Shown here in pieces: positions 11,973 to 26,100 of a DNA stretch of 40,870 nucleotides. The stretch's first letter is position 1. Each line of letters begins with the position of its first letter. The DNA comes from Nemertoderma westbladi (Eukaryota > Animalia > Xenacoelomorpha). Under the pieces are notes generated by a model, which was given only the letters and a program-made list of their open reading frames with translations, was not told the origin of the DNA and ran no database searches. Position numbers and translations under genes: made by a program. The DNA lies in the NCBI GenBank assembly GCA_032718475.1, contig JAUCBJ010000932.1, positions 1 through 40,870 on the forward strand. Direction: 5' to 3'.

Positions 11973-12183
11973 TGAAATAAATGTTTTTACATGCGATTTA
12001 ATGTAGTCAGTGTTTTTAAACAAAATGTATGCTTAGTAGTAATATCAAGTGTTCCCTTATCCTACAATCTTTCTGCCGCCATGCCGGACTGAGATTCAGC
12101 TAATACTATGCCTACATTACATTACAGGTGGATTTTTTAAGTTTCGTAATTTCAAATTTTATTTTTCCTAATTTCACCAATAG

Positions 12184-12331
12184 ATGCAACAAAAGAAATG
12201 TTACGTTACAATAGTGAACATGGGGAACTCACAGCTACCACTAACGTGCATGCCAGACACGAGATTAATATGAAACTATTTAGGGCTCAAAGGAATTTCT
12301 ACCTAACTGGATTTTCCATATTTTTTGGATT
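12184..12331 (+). CDS. BCAP31: BAP31 coding exon 2 of 4
   Basis: TAG| acceptor; DATKEMLRY...MKLFRAQRNFYLTGFSIFF contains the diagnostic KLFRAQRNxYxxGF motif; donor TT|GTAAG, phase 2. Confidence 0.95.
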
Positions 12332-13024
12332 GTAAGTTCAAATTTAAGTTTATATTATTGTTTGTTATACATTTTACATGATAATTAATGCATTGTGATA
12401 ATGGTCAGTGCCAGTGGTCGGTCACAATAGAAAGGTTTCTACGTAAACAATCTAATTTTAATATCGTATTAGTATTGTAAGCGCTTGCATATTGTATTGT
12501 GGTGTTTGTTGTGTATATCTCGTGTGCAGACAGCTTTAAAGATACCTTAGCAAACTACCTATCGGTGACGTCATCATGATCACATAAAAAAGGCACAAAC
12601 TACATAGAATCTAACACAGCCTTATAAGTAGAGTGTGACCTCCCCAAGAACTATTCGCCCCAGGTATTGTGGGCATGGATTTAGGGCGAATGGGCTCAGA
12701 CCGATTCGTCGTAGGGTATCTTACTCACATAATGATTTTATTTAATGTTCTAGCTATTATTCTTCCAGTTACAATGATTTTAGAAAAGATTTCAAAATAT
12801 TTAATAATATTTGGAATAATATTAGTTAGAACATTGAATAGAATCATATGCAGATAGTAGGCGTATCAACTGCGGAGATGGAACGACCCGAAGACTTTGA
12901 TACGGCACCAAATATATACAAGTCGCTTAGGGTGTAGCGACTTGATACTCAACACAACAAAGGGTGATGGTTTACAACTCAAATACATTCACAACCAAAT
13001 GTATTTTTATTATTATTATTACAG

Positions 13025-13260
13025 CGTGATCAACCGCCTTTGTACGCTAATCTCTTACCACGCGACCTTAGTCGCATCCAGTGCGGCCGCTATCAAACAG
13101 GCGGAGGGCGCCTCCAGTGTAGCCCAATCGATGATTAATGAAAACGATATTCTGCGTAAACGCAACGCGGAGCTCGCGACTGGGGGGGACGCGGGTGATG
13201 ACGTCAGCGTCGGAGAGGTTCGGAGAGACGATAGTGCGGAATTGGTCGAGGTCAAAAAAG
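13025..13260 (+). CDS. BCAP31: BAP31 coding exon 3 of 4
   Basis: CAG| acceptor; FVINRLCTLISYHATLVASSAAAIKQAEGAS (RL-TLIS...KQAE-AS motif); donor AAG|GTGGGA, phase 1. Confidence 0.88.
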
Positions 13261-13811
13261 GTGGGAATAATTATTTATTTCCGGGGGAAAATGTTACTTT
13301 TATTACCCGCCGACCTTGTCGTTGTATCAAGTGGTAATAAATAATAAGTACAGTTTGGTCCTGTTATTACGCACAAACTCTGACGACATATTTCCAGTGC
13401 GCCCCCCCCCCCCCCCCCCCCCCCCCAGGAACTATACTCCCCGGAGACAGTAGACACTTGTACTCATTTAGCTCCAACTTTATGATGAAAGGCGGAGAGA
13501 GCGGCCTGGCTTGTCCCTTTTATGAATATCTTAATTAGATTGCCTACCTACAACGCCTGCCGCTCTATTAAGATTATTATCTATTAAGAGTCAGTTGGTA
13601 GATAAATTTTAATATTATACTAATCCTTAGTAATTACACTTATTTACTGAACTACAGAAGCTTTTCAGAAATGCATCCAACATATTGTTTTTCTTTTACA
13701 ATATTTTACGGTAAATTAAGCAATGAGAGGAGAGCAAGGACCACTAGGATCTATAGCGGTAGTTTAAGATAAAGCACGTTAATTGATTGGTTGATGTCCG
13801 TTATATTCTAG

Positions 13812-13954
13812 AACTTTCCATTGCGCGGGCCGATTTAACGGCGATGAAAAAGCAGTCGGAGAATCTGGGCGTTGAATACGATCGTGTTTGCGAAGCGCTG
13901 GCCAAACTACAGAGAGAAACCGACCCGTCGTTAGGCAACAAGAAGGATAACTAA
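13812..13954 (+). CDS. BCAP31: BAP31 coding exon 4 of 4 (C-terminal coiled coil, KKxx ER-retrieval signal)
   Basis: TAG| acceptor; ELSIARADLTAMKKQSENLGVEYDRV...GNKKDN*. The four exons sum to 720 nt = 239 aa + stop, and AATAAA hexamers follow immediately. Confidence 0.92.
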
Positions 13955-14977
13955 TAAACAATATAAATAAACAGATCAGTCGCTAGGCAATGAAAAGGAA
14001 CAACTATTAAACAAATAAACATCAACGTTTTTGTATTGGAATACTTGTTATAGCTAATATGTAGAAATTCACAACTTATTTTATTGTGCTGCTAACTATA
14101 TAATTATATAATTATATTAATTATTATATTTCCAATTATGTTTCGAAAGACAATAGCAAATGGTACAGTTTTATTTTTGGGAGTAATCAATTAATCAATC
14201 AGCTATTATTTGCGTTTATTTAACACTAGAAAGGCCAAGTGTGTGAATTTTGACACACCATTATTCAGTTTAAATTCACACCAATTGTCTGTCTATTTGA
14301 GCCATATTATTCACAATATAGCACCAAATCTCAGCAGCTCAGTTGAGCCTATATGAGTCATAACAACATATTTGCAGTATAGCATGATCGATTATGCTAT
14401 ACATAGCACAATGTAGCATATTGGCCTGTCTACCAGTCTATCAACACCAGACCCCAATAATTGCAGTTAAAAAGTTAGTCACAATGTATTTAGTCCTAAT
14501 TATGGTATTTTAGTTAACCATGCCATATTTTGACAGCATAGCATCATAAATAATGCTTTATAGCATATCATGCATAAATAATGCTATATATAGCATATCA
14601 TAGCATAATATCAAAATTAAAATAATATAAATTCTGGACATTCAAAATAGCTGTAATTAGGTTGACTGGTTCTGTTATGTTCGGTTATTTAGGCTGGAAC
14701 ATAGCAACAGCTTTGTATCATAGCATTATAGACCATGCTATGTCGAACATAGCATGGCTATATTTGGTGATATTCGTAGTATTAAAATCAGTACCAATTG
14801 TCCATAAACCGGTTTCCAATAACACATTACATATTATATGTAATTTACATGTAATTACAATGTTTAATCCTAATAAATATATAAGTTCAATATATATATA
14901 GGTATATATATATATATAGGTATAGGTATATATATACAATATATAGGTTCAATATTATTGTCTACCCTAAGCACTAA

Positions 14978-15372
14978 GGGGTTGTGCACAAATGATGTCA
15001 CGCTTTTGACTAAACTATGACTAAACAAGGAAGACACTCCACATATTCACTCATCCCATGGGAATGACCCTGGGTCTAACTCTACCTCGTCCTTTACTGT
15101 ATTTACCCAGTCAATGTGGTGTTCTTCATCTTTATCGCCACTTAGAATTAACACTTCATCACCTCGATTCGCGATTACTTAAATAGATTTCACTTTGGCT
15201 GTTGATGTTGGTGTTATGTATTTTATTTGTTCACCAAAGTGCTATTGTGACGTCACAAGTATAGCTAGTCAATCCAACCCCCGCCCCTCCCTCCCCATGC
15301 CACAAAATTGCACCACCCCCCCCCCCCCCCCCCCCCCCCCCTTCGACCGTAACATAATTTGTGGACGGCCCC
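14978..15372. mobile_element. PIF/Harbinger-type MITE (395 bp)
   Basis: Imperfect 25-bp TIRs GGGGTTGTGCACAAATGATGTCACG / CGTAACATAATTTGTGGACGGCCCC; 3-bp TSD TAA on both sides; subterminal poly-C. Confidence 0.75.
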
Positions 15373-15833
15373 TAATGCGTCCGGGATCCGGATTGTATAT
15401 GGTTATAAAGTTAGTAAAGTACACAGCAGAGTGGCAAATATTATTTCGAAGAATGTAAAAAATAGTAATACAAATATGAATTTAGCTTTTCGTTATTTTT
15501 ACTAAGGTGTAGGTGGTCTTCTTCGTGTTATTTTAATATATTTTTTTCAGAGGAATTACTAGAGAGAAACTAAATATCAGTTGGGCGATTATTTACTTGT
15601 GCGACTATACAAGTACTATAAGTGTTAGACCACAAAAAACTTGTATGGTCGCTGCTGCGTTGCATGCGGCCCTACAGTAATATATCAGAAAAGGGTTGCT
15701 ATTCAATGACACCCCGGAACTATATTGAATTCAAGTTGTTGGTAAATATTAGTTTTACAAATAACTATTGATACAGTCCTACACGTACTCACCGGTACTC
15801 ACCACATGATACAGTTAGGTACAAAGCAAAAAA

Positions 15834-18800
15834 GTTAGTTCTGTACATAAATGTTACATTCTTTACCGTTAGTTCTGTACATAATTGTTACATTCTTTAC
15901 CGTTAGTTCTGTACATAAATGTTACATTCTTTACCGTTAGTTCTGTACATAAATGTTACATTCTTTACCGTTAGTTCTGTAAATAATTGTTACGTTCTTT
16001 ACCGTTAGTTCTGTACATAATTGTTACATTCTTTACCTAGTTCTGTACATAAATGTTACATTCTTAACCGTTAGTTATGTACATAAATGTTACATTCTTT
16101 ACCGTTAGTTCTATACATAAATGTTACATTCTTTACCTAGTTCTGTACATAAATGTTACATTCTTTACCGTTAGTTCTGTACATAATTGTTACATTCTTT
16201 ACCGTTAGTTCTGTACATAAATGTTACATTCTTTACCGTTAGTTCTGTACATAAATGTTACATTCTTTACCGTTAGTTCTGTAAATAATTGTTACGTTCT
16301 TTACCGTTAATTCTGTACATAAATGTTACATTCTTCACCGTTAGTTCGTTCTGTACATAAATGTTACATTCTTTACCTAGTTCTGTACATAAATGTTACG
16401 TTCTTTACCGTTAGTTCTGTACATAAATGTTACATTCTTTACCGTTAGTTCTGTACATAAATGTTACATTCTTTACCGTTAGTTCTGTACATAAATGTTA
16501 CATTCTTTACCTAGTTCTGTACATAAATGTTACTTTCTTTACCGTTAGTTCGTTCTGTACATATATGTTACATTCTTTACCGTTAGTTCTGTACATAAAT
16601 GTTACATTCTTTACCGTTAGTTCTGTACATAAATGTTACATTCTTTACCGTTAGTTCTGTACATAAATGTTACATTCTTTACCGTTAGTTCTGTACATAA
16701 ATGTTACATTCTTTACCGTTAGTTCTGTACATAAATGTTACGTTCTTTACCGTTAGTTCTGTACATAAATGTTACATTCTTTACCGTTAGTTCTGTACAT
16801 AAATGTTACATTCTTTACCGTTAGTTCTGTACATAAATGTTACATTCTTTACCGTTAGTTCTGTACATAAATGTTACGTTCTTTACCGTTAGTTCTGTAC
16901 ATAAATGTTACATTCTTTACCGTTAGTTCTGTACATAAATGTTACATTCTTTACCGTTAGTTCTGTACATAAATGTTACATTCTTTACCGTTAGTTCTGT
17001 ACATAAATGTTACATTCTTTACCGTTAGTTCTGTACATAAATGTTACATTCTTTCACCGTTACTAGTTACTGTACATAAATGTTACATTCTTTACCGTTA
17101 GTTCTGTACATAAATGTTACATTCTTTACCGTTAGTTCTGTACATAAATGTTACATTCTTTACCTAGTTCTGTACATAAATGTTACTTTCTTTACCGTTA
17201 GTTCGTTCTGTACATATATGTTACATTCTTTACCGTTAGTTCTGTACATAAATGTTACATTCTTTACCGTTAGTTCTGTACATAAATGTTACATTCTTTA
17301 CCGTTAGTTCTGTACATAAATGTTACATTCTTTACCGTTAGTTCTGTACATAAATGTTACATTCTTTACCGTTAGTTCTGTACATAAATGTTACATTCTT
17401 TACCGTTAGTTCTGTACATAAATGTTACATTCTTTACCGTTAGTTCTCTACATAAATGTTACGTTCTTTACCGTTAGTTCTGTACATAAATGTTACATTC
17501 TTTACCGTTAGTTCTGTACATAAATGTTACATTCTTTACCGTTAGTTCTGTACATAAATGTTACGTTCTTTACCGTTAGTTCTGTACATAAATGTTACAT
17601 TCTTTACCTAGTTCTGTACATAAATGTTACGTTCTTTACCGTTAGTTCTGTACATAAATGTTACATTCTTTACCGTTAGTTCTGTACATAAATGTTACGT
17701 TCTTTACCGTTAGTTCTGTACATAAATGTTACATTCTTTACCTAGTTCTGTACATAAATGTTACTTTCTTTACCGTTAGTTCGTTCTGTACATATATGTT
17801 ACTTTCTTTACCGTTGGTTCTGTACATAAATGTTACATTCTTTACCGTTAGTTCTGTACATAAATGTTACATTCTTTACCGTTAGTTCTGTACATAAATG
17901 TTACATTCTTTACCGTTAGTTCTCTACATAAATGTTACATTCTTTACCGTTAGTTCTCTACATAAATGTTACATTCTTTACCGTTACTAGTTCTGTACAT
18001 AAATGTTACATTCTTTACCGTTAGTTCTGTACATAAATGTTACATTCTTTACCGTTAGTTCTCTACATAAATGTTACATTCTTTACCGTTAGTTCTGTAC
18101 ATAAATGTTACATTCTTTACCGTTAGTTCTGTACATAAATGTTACATTCTTTACCGTTAGTTCTCTACATAAATGTTACATTCTTTACCGTTAGTTCTCT
18201 ACATAAATGTTACATTCTTTACCGTTAGTTCTGTACATAAATGTTACATTCTTTACCGTTAGTTCTGTACATAAATGTTACATTCTTTACCGTTAGTTCT
18301 CTACATAAATGTTACATTCTTTACCGTTAGTTCTGTACATAAATGTTACATTCTTTACCGTTAGTTCTCTACATAAATGTTACATTCTTTACCGTTAGTT
18401 CTGTACATAAATGTTACATTCTTTACCGTTAGTTCTGTACATAAATGTTACATTCTTTACCGTTAGTTCTGTACATAAATGTTACATTCTTTACCGTTAG
18501 TTCTGTACATAAATGTTACATTCTTTACCGTTAGTTCTGTACATAAATGTTACATTCTTTACCGTTAGTTCTCTACATAAATGTTACATTCTTTACCGTT
18601 AGTTCTGTACATAAATGTTACATTCTTTACCGTTAGTTCTGTACATAAATGTTACATTCTTTACCGTTAGTTCTGTACATAAATGTTACATTCTTTACCG
18701 TTAGTTCTGTACATAAATGTTACATTCTTTACCGTTAGTTCTGTACATAAATGTTACATTCTTTACCGTTAGTTCTGTACATAAATGTTACATTCTTTAC

Positions 18801-21128
18801 CGTTAGTTCTCTACATAAATGTTACATTCTTTACCGTTAGTTCTGTACATAAATGTTACATTCTTTACCGTTAGTTCTGTACATAAATGTTACATTCTTT
18901 ACCGTTAGTTCTGTACATAAATGTTACATTCTTTACCGTTAGTTCTGTACATAAATGTTACATTCTTTACCGTTAGTTCTGTACATAAATGTTACATTCT
19001 TTACCGTTAGTTCTCTACATAAATGTTACATTCTTTACCGTTAGTTCTGTACATAAATGTTACATTCTTTACCGTTAGTTCTCTACATAAATGTTACATT
19101 CTTTACCGTTAGTTCTGTACATAAATGTTACATTCTTTACCGTTAGTTCTGTACATAAATGTTACATTCTTTACCGTTAGTTCTGTACATAAATGTTACA
19201 TTCTTTACCGTTAGTTCTGTACATAAATGTTACATTCTTTACCGTTAGTTCTGTACATAAATGTTACATTCTTTACCGTTAGTTCTCTACATAAATGTTA
19301 CATTCTTTACCGTTAGTTCTGTACATAAATGTTACATTCTTTACCGTTAGTTCTGTACATAAATGTTACATTCTTTACCGTTAGTTCTGTACATAAATGT
19401 TACATTCTTTACCGTTAGTTCTGTACATAAATGTTACATTCTTTACCGTTAGTTCTGTACATAAATGTTACATTCTTTACCGTTAGTTCTGTACATAAAT
19501 GTTACATTCTTTACCGTTAGTTCTGTACATAAATGTTACATTCTTTACCGTTAGTTCTGTACATAAATGTTACATTCTTTACCGTTAGTTCTGTACATAA
19601 ATGTTACATTCTTTACCGTTAGTTCTGTACATAAATGTTACATTCTTTACCGTTAGTTCTGTACATAAATGTTACATTCTTTACCGTTAGTTCTCTACAT
19701 AAATGTTACATTCTTTACCGTTAGTTCTCTACATAAATGTTACATTCTTTACCGTTAGTTCTGTACATAAATGTTACATTCTTTACCGTTAGTTCTCTAC
19801 ATAAATGTTACATTCTTTACCGTTAGTTCTCTACATAAATGTTACGTTCTTTACCGTTAGTTCTGTACATAAATGTTACATTCTTTACCTAGTTCTGTAC
19901 ATAAATGTTACTTTCTTTACCGTTAGTTCGTTCTGTACATATATGTTACATTCTTTACCGTTAGTTCTGTACATAAATGTTACATTCTTTACCGTTAGTT
20001 CTGTACATAAATGTTACATTCTTTCCCGTTACTAGTTATGTACATAAATGTTACATTCTTTACCGTTAGTTCTGTAAATAATTGTTACGTTCTTTACCGT
20101 TAGTTCTGTACATAAATGTTACATTCTTTACCGTTAGTTCTGTAAATAATTGTTACGTTCTTTACCGTTAGTTCTGTACATAATTGTTTCATTCTTTACC
20201 GTTAGTTCTGTACATAAATGTTACATTCTTTACCGTTAGTTCTGTAAATAATTGTTACGTTCTTTACCGTTAGTTCTGTACATAATTGTTACGTTCTTTA
20301 CCGTTAGTTCTGTAAATAAATGTTACATTCTTTACCGTTAGTTCTGTACATAAATGTTACATTCTTTACCGTTAGTTCTGTAAATAATTGTTACGTTCTT
20401 TACCGTTAGTTCTGTACATAAATGTTACATTCTTTACCGTTAGTTCGTTCTGTACATAAATGTTACGTTCTTTACCGTTAGTTCTGTAAATAAATGTTAC
20501 ATTCTTTACCGTTAGTTCTGTACATAAATGTTACATTCTTTACCGTTAGTTCTGTAAATAAATGTTACATTCTTTACCGTTAGTTCTGTACATAAATGTT
20601 ACATTCTTTACCGTTAGTTCTGTACATAAATGTTACATTCTTTACCGTTAGTTCTGTACATAAATGTTACATTCTTTACCGTTAGTTCTGTACATAAATG
20701 TTACATTCTTTACCGTTAGTTCTGTACATAAATGTTACATTCTTTACCGTTAGTTCTGTACATAAATGTTACATTCTTTACCGTTAGTTCTGTACATAAA
20801 TGTTACATTCTTTACCGTTAGTTCTGTACATAAATGTTACATTCTTTACCGTTAGTTCTGTACATAAATGTTACATTCTTTACCGTTAGTTCTGTAAATA
20901 ATTGTTACGTTCTTTACCGTTAGTTCTGTACATAAATGTTACATTCTTTACCGTTAGTTCTGTACATAAATGTTACGTTCTTTACCGTTAGTTCTGTACA
21001 TAATTGTTACATTCTTTACCGTTAGTTCTGTACATAAATGTTACATTCTTTACCGTTAGTTCGTTCTGTACATAAATGTTACATTCTTCACCGTTAGTTC
21101 GTTCTGTACATAAATGTTACATTCTTTA
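15834..21128. repeat. 34-bp satellite array, left part (~155 units)
   Basis: Unit GTTAGTTCTGTACATAAATGTTACATTCTTTACC, highly homogeneous, with 32- and 38-bp variants. Confidence 0.98.
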
Positions 21129-23138
21129 GGCTCATTCCAAAGTAAAGTACGGGACATTCGTACACAATTTTGAACTTTGATTGCCTGTACAATGTTATCC
21201 ACAGCACATATGTGCACAAAATTGTGCTTGGATTAAACTTTCGAATATCAGCTTTGATTTCGCGAAGCTTATGGCGGGACTTAGTCACTTTTGAGAAAAT
21301 GCCAGCTTGTCCAATTAAGGTAAAGTACGGATTCGTACGAAATGGTATTTTTTAATTTATGATTTCAATTCTAAAATTTAGCGAATTGTGCGCAGGTACG
21401 GTGTTGAGTTGATGTTTAGGATAAAGCTGTATTATTAAGCTTAAATAAAAATATAAATATAAGACGAATTGCTGCATTGCTAATTTTTTACAGTGTGGTT
21501 TGTGTGGTAAAGTATGGGACATTGCTAAGTAAAGTACGGGACCTGTACGAATTTTATGGTCAAAATGGTCTCTTACACTTAATCTAACAGTAATTTCTGG
21601 ATAATTAGTGATAATAATGTGCAACTAAGTATTTCCAACCAAGATATGGATACAAAATGTGGGGCGGCCCACAAATTGACCCGAAGTCTTAGCATATGGG
21701 TGCCCTTAGGAGTTGTATGTCATCTGTCTAATTTTTGATCGCTAATACTGTATATCTCGGTCATTTTTAGATGAAATTAAACCAAACCTGGTACGTATGA
21801 AGTCTGTCAAAAGTTTAGAAAGAATCTGAAGTTTAAGGAATCAAAGGTCACATATCAGACAGTCTGTCTGTTGGTACCGATAGTTTCAAAATTTTGATAA
21901 AAACCGAAATAAGTCCGCCAATCATTGATGAAATATAACCAAACTTGGTATGTAGTCTGTAAAAAGTTTAGAATTTCTTTCCATTTTTTCTGAAAATGTA
22001 TCAATTACTGTACTTACCGATCTTCTTATCTGCTAAAAAACTAAATTTTTTGAAATTTGTTGTAAAGTACGGGACTTTACATGCATAAACTCAAAGATTA
22101 GTTAATTGAGGAATGATTCTTAGTTCAAATACATACTTCTATGCTTCCCCCTACCATCACCCTAAAGCATTATAACACTCCTGCCCTCCAGGTTTCATAT
22201 ATTACATTAATACAGTGCACTAATGTAATCGCCATTATAATGGTAAAGTATGGGACAATTTTCAATTGGCCGTTATGATGTTTCTGAGGGAGTAGATTAT
22301 GAAACTACAGGTAATTGTTTCTTAAGATGACGCAACAAAAACGTGCTTTGCATTCCACTGGGTGATTGGGCTTAGTTAGACTACTTCTCTGTGTATAAAT
22401 TAAAAATTTCACTATTTTTTGGTAAAGTATGGGACTTTACATGCATAAACCCAAGGATTTCTTGACTGAGGAATGATTCTCAGTTCAAATATAGACTCCT
22501 ATTCTTACGGCCGACTATGACCTTAGAGTATTATAACACTCCTGGCTTCACATATTACATTAATACAGTGCACTAATATAATCGCCATTTTGATGGTAAA
22601 GTATGGGACAATTTTCAATTGGCCGCCATGATATTTCTGAGGGAGTGAAGATGAAACTAATTGTTTTATACGATGACGCAACACAAACGTGCTTTGCATT
22701 CCACTGGGTGATTAGGCCGAGTTACATCTCTGTGAATAAACTAAAAATTTCACTATTTTAGGTAAAGTATGGGACATCACAAGATTAACTTTATCGATTT
22801 CATTACAGAGGAATGAAACACTGGTGAAATTAAATGAAACCAAAAAAATTCGAAAATGGGTTTGTTTTTGATTTGGTACATGCTCAGAAATGTTAATTTA
22901 TTGGTCATAGGAAGTGCCTACAGGAAACGAAACTTTTGCACACTTTTATTCACATTTTGTGCAGAGCAGGTGCATAATTTGTAATTCGACTATTTTTGAT
23001 AAACCACCTGTGTTGATACAATTTTTAGCACTGAATTCATGAAGTACGATAAATTTTGACCTAAAATAAGTATAAATTCAAAGCTACATCTCATTTTTAG
23101 AAATTAGTGGGGAGGTTGACCTTTTCATGGAATGAGCC
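21129..23138. mobile_element. 2010-bp non-autonomous TIR element inserted in the satellite (4-bp TSD, superfamily unresolved)
   Basis: Perfect 11-bp TIR GGCTCATTCCA...TGGAATGAGCC. TTTA is duplicated on both sides, and removing the element restores a normal unit (ATTCTTTACC). Internal ~350-bp tandem duplication at ~22050-22775; no transposase ORF. Confidence 0.9.
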
Positions 23139-26100
23139 TTTACCTAGTTCTGTACATAAATGTTACATTTTTTACCGTTAGTTCTGTACATAAATGTTAC
23201 ATTCTTTACCGTTAGTTCTGTACATAAATGTTACATTCTTTACCGTTAGTTCTGTAAATAATTGTTACGTTCTTTACCGTTAGTTCTGTACATAATTGTT
23301 ACATTCTTTACCGTTAGTTCTGTACATAAATGTTACATTCTTTACCTAGTTCTGTACATAAATGTTACATTCTTTACCGTTAGTTCTGTACATAAATGTT
23401 ACATTCTTTACCGTTAGTTCTGTAAATAATTGTTACGTTCTTTACCGTTAGTTCTGTACATAATTGTTACATTCTTTACCGTTAGTTCTGTACATAAATG
23501 TTACATTCTTTACCGTTAGTTCTGTAAATAATTGTTACGTTCTTTACCGTTAGTTCTGTACATAAATGTTACATTCTTTACCTAGTTCTGTACATAAATG
23601 TTACATTCTTTACCGTTAGTTCTGTACATAAATGTTACATTCTTTACCGTTAGTTCTGTAAATAATTGTTACGTTCTTTACCGTTAGTTCTGTACATAAA
23701 TGTTACATTCTTTACCTAGTTCTGTACATAAATGTTACATTCTTTACCGTTAGTTCTGTACATAAATGTTACATTCTTTACCGTTAGTTCTGTAAATAAT
23801 TGTTACGTTCTTTACCGTTAGTTCTGTACATAAATGTTACATTCTTTACCGTTAGTTCTGTACATAAATGTTACGTTCTTTACCGTTAGTTCTGTACATA
23901 ATTGTTACGTTCTTTACCGTTAGTTTTGTACATAATTGTTACATTCTTTACCGTTAGTTCGTTCTGTACATAAATGTTACATTCTTCACCGTTAGTTCGT
24001 TCTGTACATAAATGTTACATTCTTTACCTAGTTCTGTACATAAATGTTACATTCTTTACCGTTAGTTCTGTACATAAATGTTACATTCTTTACCTAGTTC
24101 TGTACATAAATGTTACATTCTTTACCGTTAGTTATGTACATAAATGTTACATTCTTTACCGTTAGTTCTGTACATAAATGTTACATTCTTTACCGTTAGT
24201 TCTGTACATAAATGTTACATTCTTTACCGTTAGTTCTGTACATAAATGTTACTTTCTTTACCGTTAGTTCGTTCTGTACATATATGTTACATTCTTTACC
24301 GTTAGTTCTGTACATAAATGTTACATTCTTTACCGTTAGTTCTGTACATAAATGTTACATTCTTTACCTAGTTCTGTACATAATTGTTACATTCTTTACC
24401 TTTAGTTCTGTACATAAATGTTACATTCTTTACCGTTAGTTCTGTACATAAATGTTGCATTCTTTACCGTTAGTTCTGTAAATAATTGTTACGTTCTTTA
24501 CCGTTAGTTCTGTACATAATTGTTACATTCTTTACCGTTAGTTCGTTCTGTACATAAATGTTACATTCTTCACCGTTAGTTCGTTCTGTACATAAATGTT
24601 ACATTCTTTACCTAGTTCTGTACATAAATGTTACATTCTTTACCGTTAGTTCTGTACATAAATGTTACATTCTTTACCTAGTTCTGTACATAAATGTTAC
24701 ATTCTTTACCGTTAGTTCTGTACATAAATGTTACATTCTTTACCTAGTTCTGTACATAAATGTTACATTCTTTACCGTTAGTTCTGTACATAAATGTTAC
24801 ATTCTTTACCTAGTTCTGTACATAAATGTTACATTCTTTACCGTTAGTTCTGTACATAAATGTTACATTCTTTACCGTTAGTTCTGTACATAAATGTTAC
24901 ATTCTTTACCGTTAGTTCTGTACATAAATGTTACATTCTTTACCGTTAGTTCTGTACATAAATGTTACATTCTTTACCGTTAGTTCTGTACATAAATGTT
25001 ACATTCTTTACCGTTAGTTCTGTACATAAATGTTACATTCTTTACCGTTAGTTCTGTACATAAATGTTACATTCTTTACCTAGTTCTGTACATAAATGTT
25101 ACATTCTTTACCGTTAGTTCTGTACATAAATGTTACATTCTTTACCGTTAGTTCTGTACATAAATGTTACATTCTTTACCTAGTTCTGTACATAAATGTT
25201 ACTTTCTTTACCGTTAGTTCGTTCTGTACATATATGTTACATTCTTTACCGTTAGTTCTGTACATAAATGTTACATTCTTTACCGTTAGTTCTGTACATA
25301 AATGTTACATTCTTTACCTAGTTCTGTACATAATTGTTACATTCTTTACCTTTAGTTCTGTACATAAATGTTACATTCTTTACCGTTAGTTCTGTACATA
25401 AATGTTACATTCTTTACCGTTAGTTCTGTACATAAATGTTACATTCTTTACCGTTAGTTCTGTACATAAATGTTACATTCTTTACCGTTAGTTCTGTGCA
25501 TAAATGTTACATTCTTTACCGTTAGTTCTGTACATAAATGTTACATTCTTTACCTTAGTTCTGTACATAAATGTTACATTCTTTACCGTTAGTTCTGTAC
25601 ATAAATGTTACATTCTTTACCGTTAGTTCTGTGCATAAATGTTACATTCTTTACCGTTAGTTCTGTACATAAATGTTACATTCTTTACCGTTAGTTCTGT
25701 ACATAAATGTTACATTCTTTACCGTTAGTTCTGTACATAATTGTTACGTTCTTTACCGTTAGTTCTGTAAATAAATGTTACATTCTTTACCGTTAGTTCT
25801 GTACATAAATGTTACATTCTTTACCGTTAGTTCTGTACATAAATGTTACATTCTTTACCGTTAGTTCTGTACATAAATGTTACATTCTTTACCGTTAGTT
25901 CTGTACATAAATGTTACATTCTTTACCGTTAGTTCTGTACATAAATGTTACATTCTTTACCGTTAGTTCTGTACATAAATGTTACATTCTTTACCGTTAG
26001 TTCTGTACATAATTGTTACATTCTTTACCTTTAGTTCTGTACATAAATGTTACATTCTTTACCGTTAGTTCTGTACATAAATGTTACATTCTTTACCGTT

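Noticed and set aside
14220-14945. TTAA|CACTAGAAAGGCC piggyBac-like left end with TAGCA-rich interior
   Set aside because: No matching right TIR found; insufficient for a call.
16427-25389. MLHSLPLVLYINVTFF... ORFs
   Set aside because: By-products of 32- and 38-bp variants in the 34-bp satellite.
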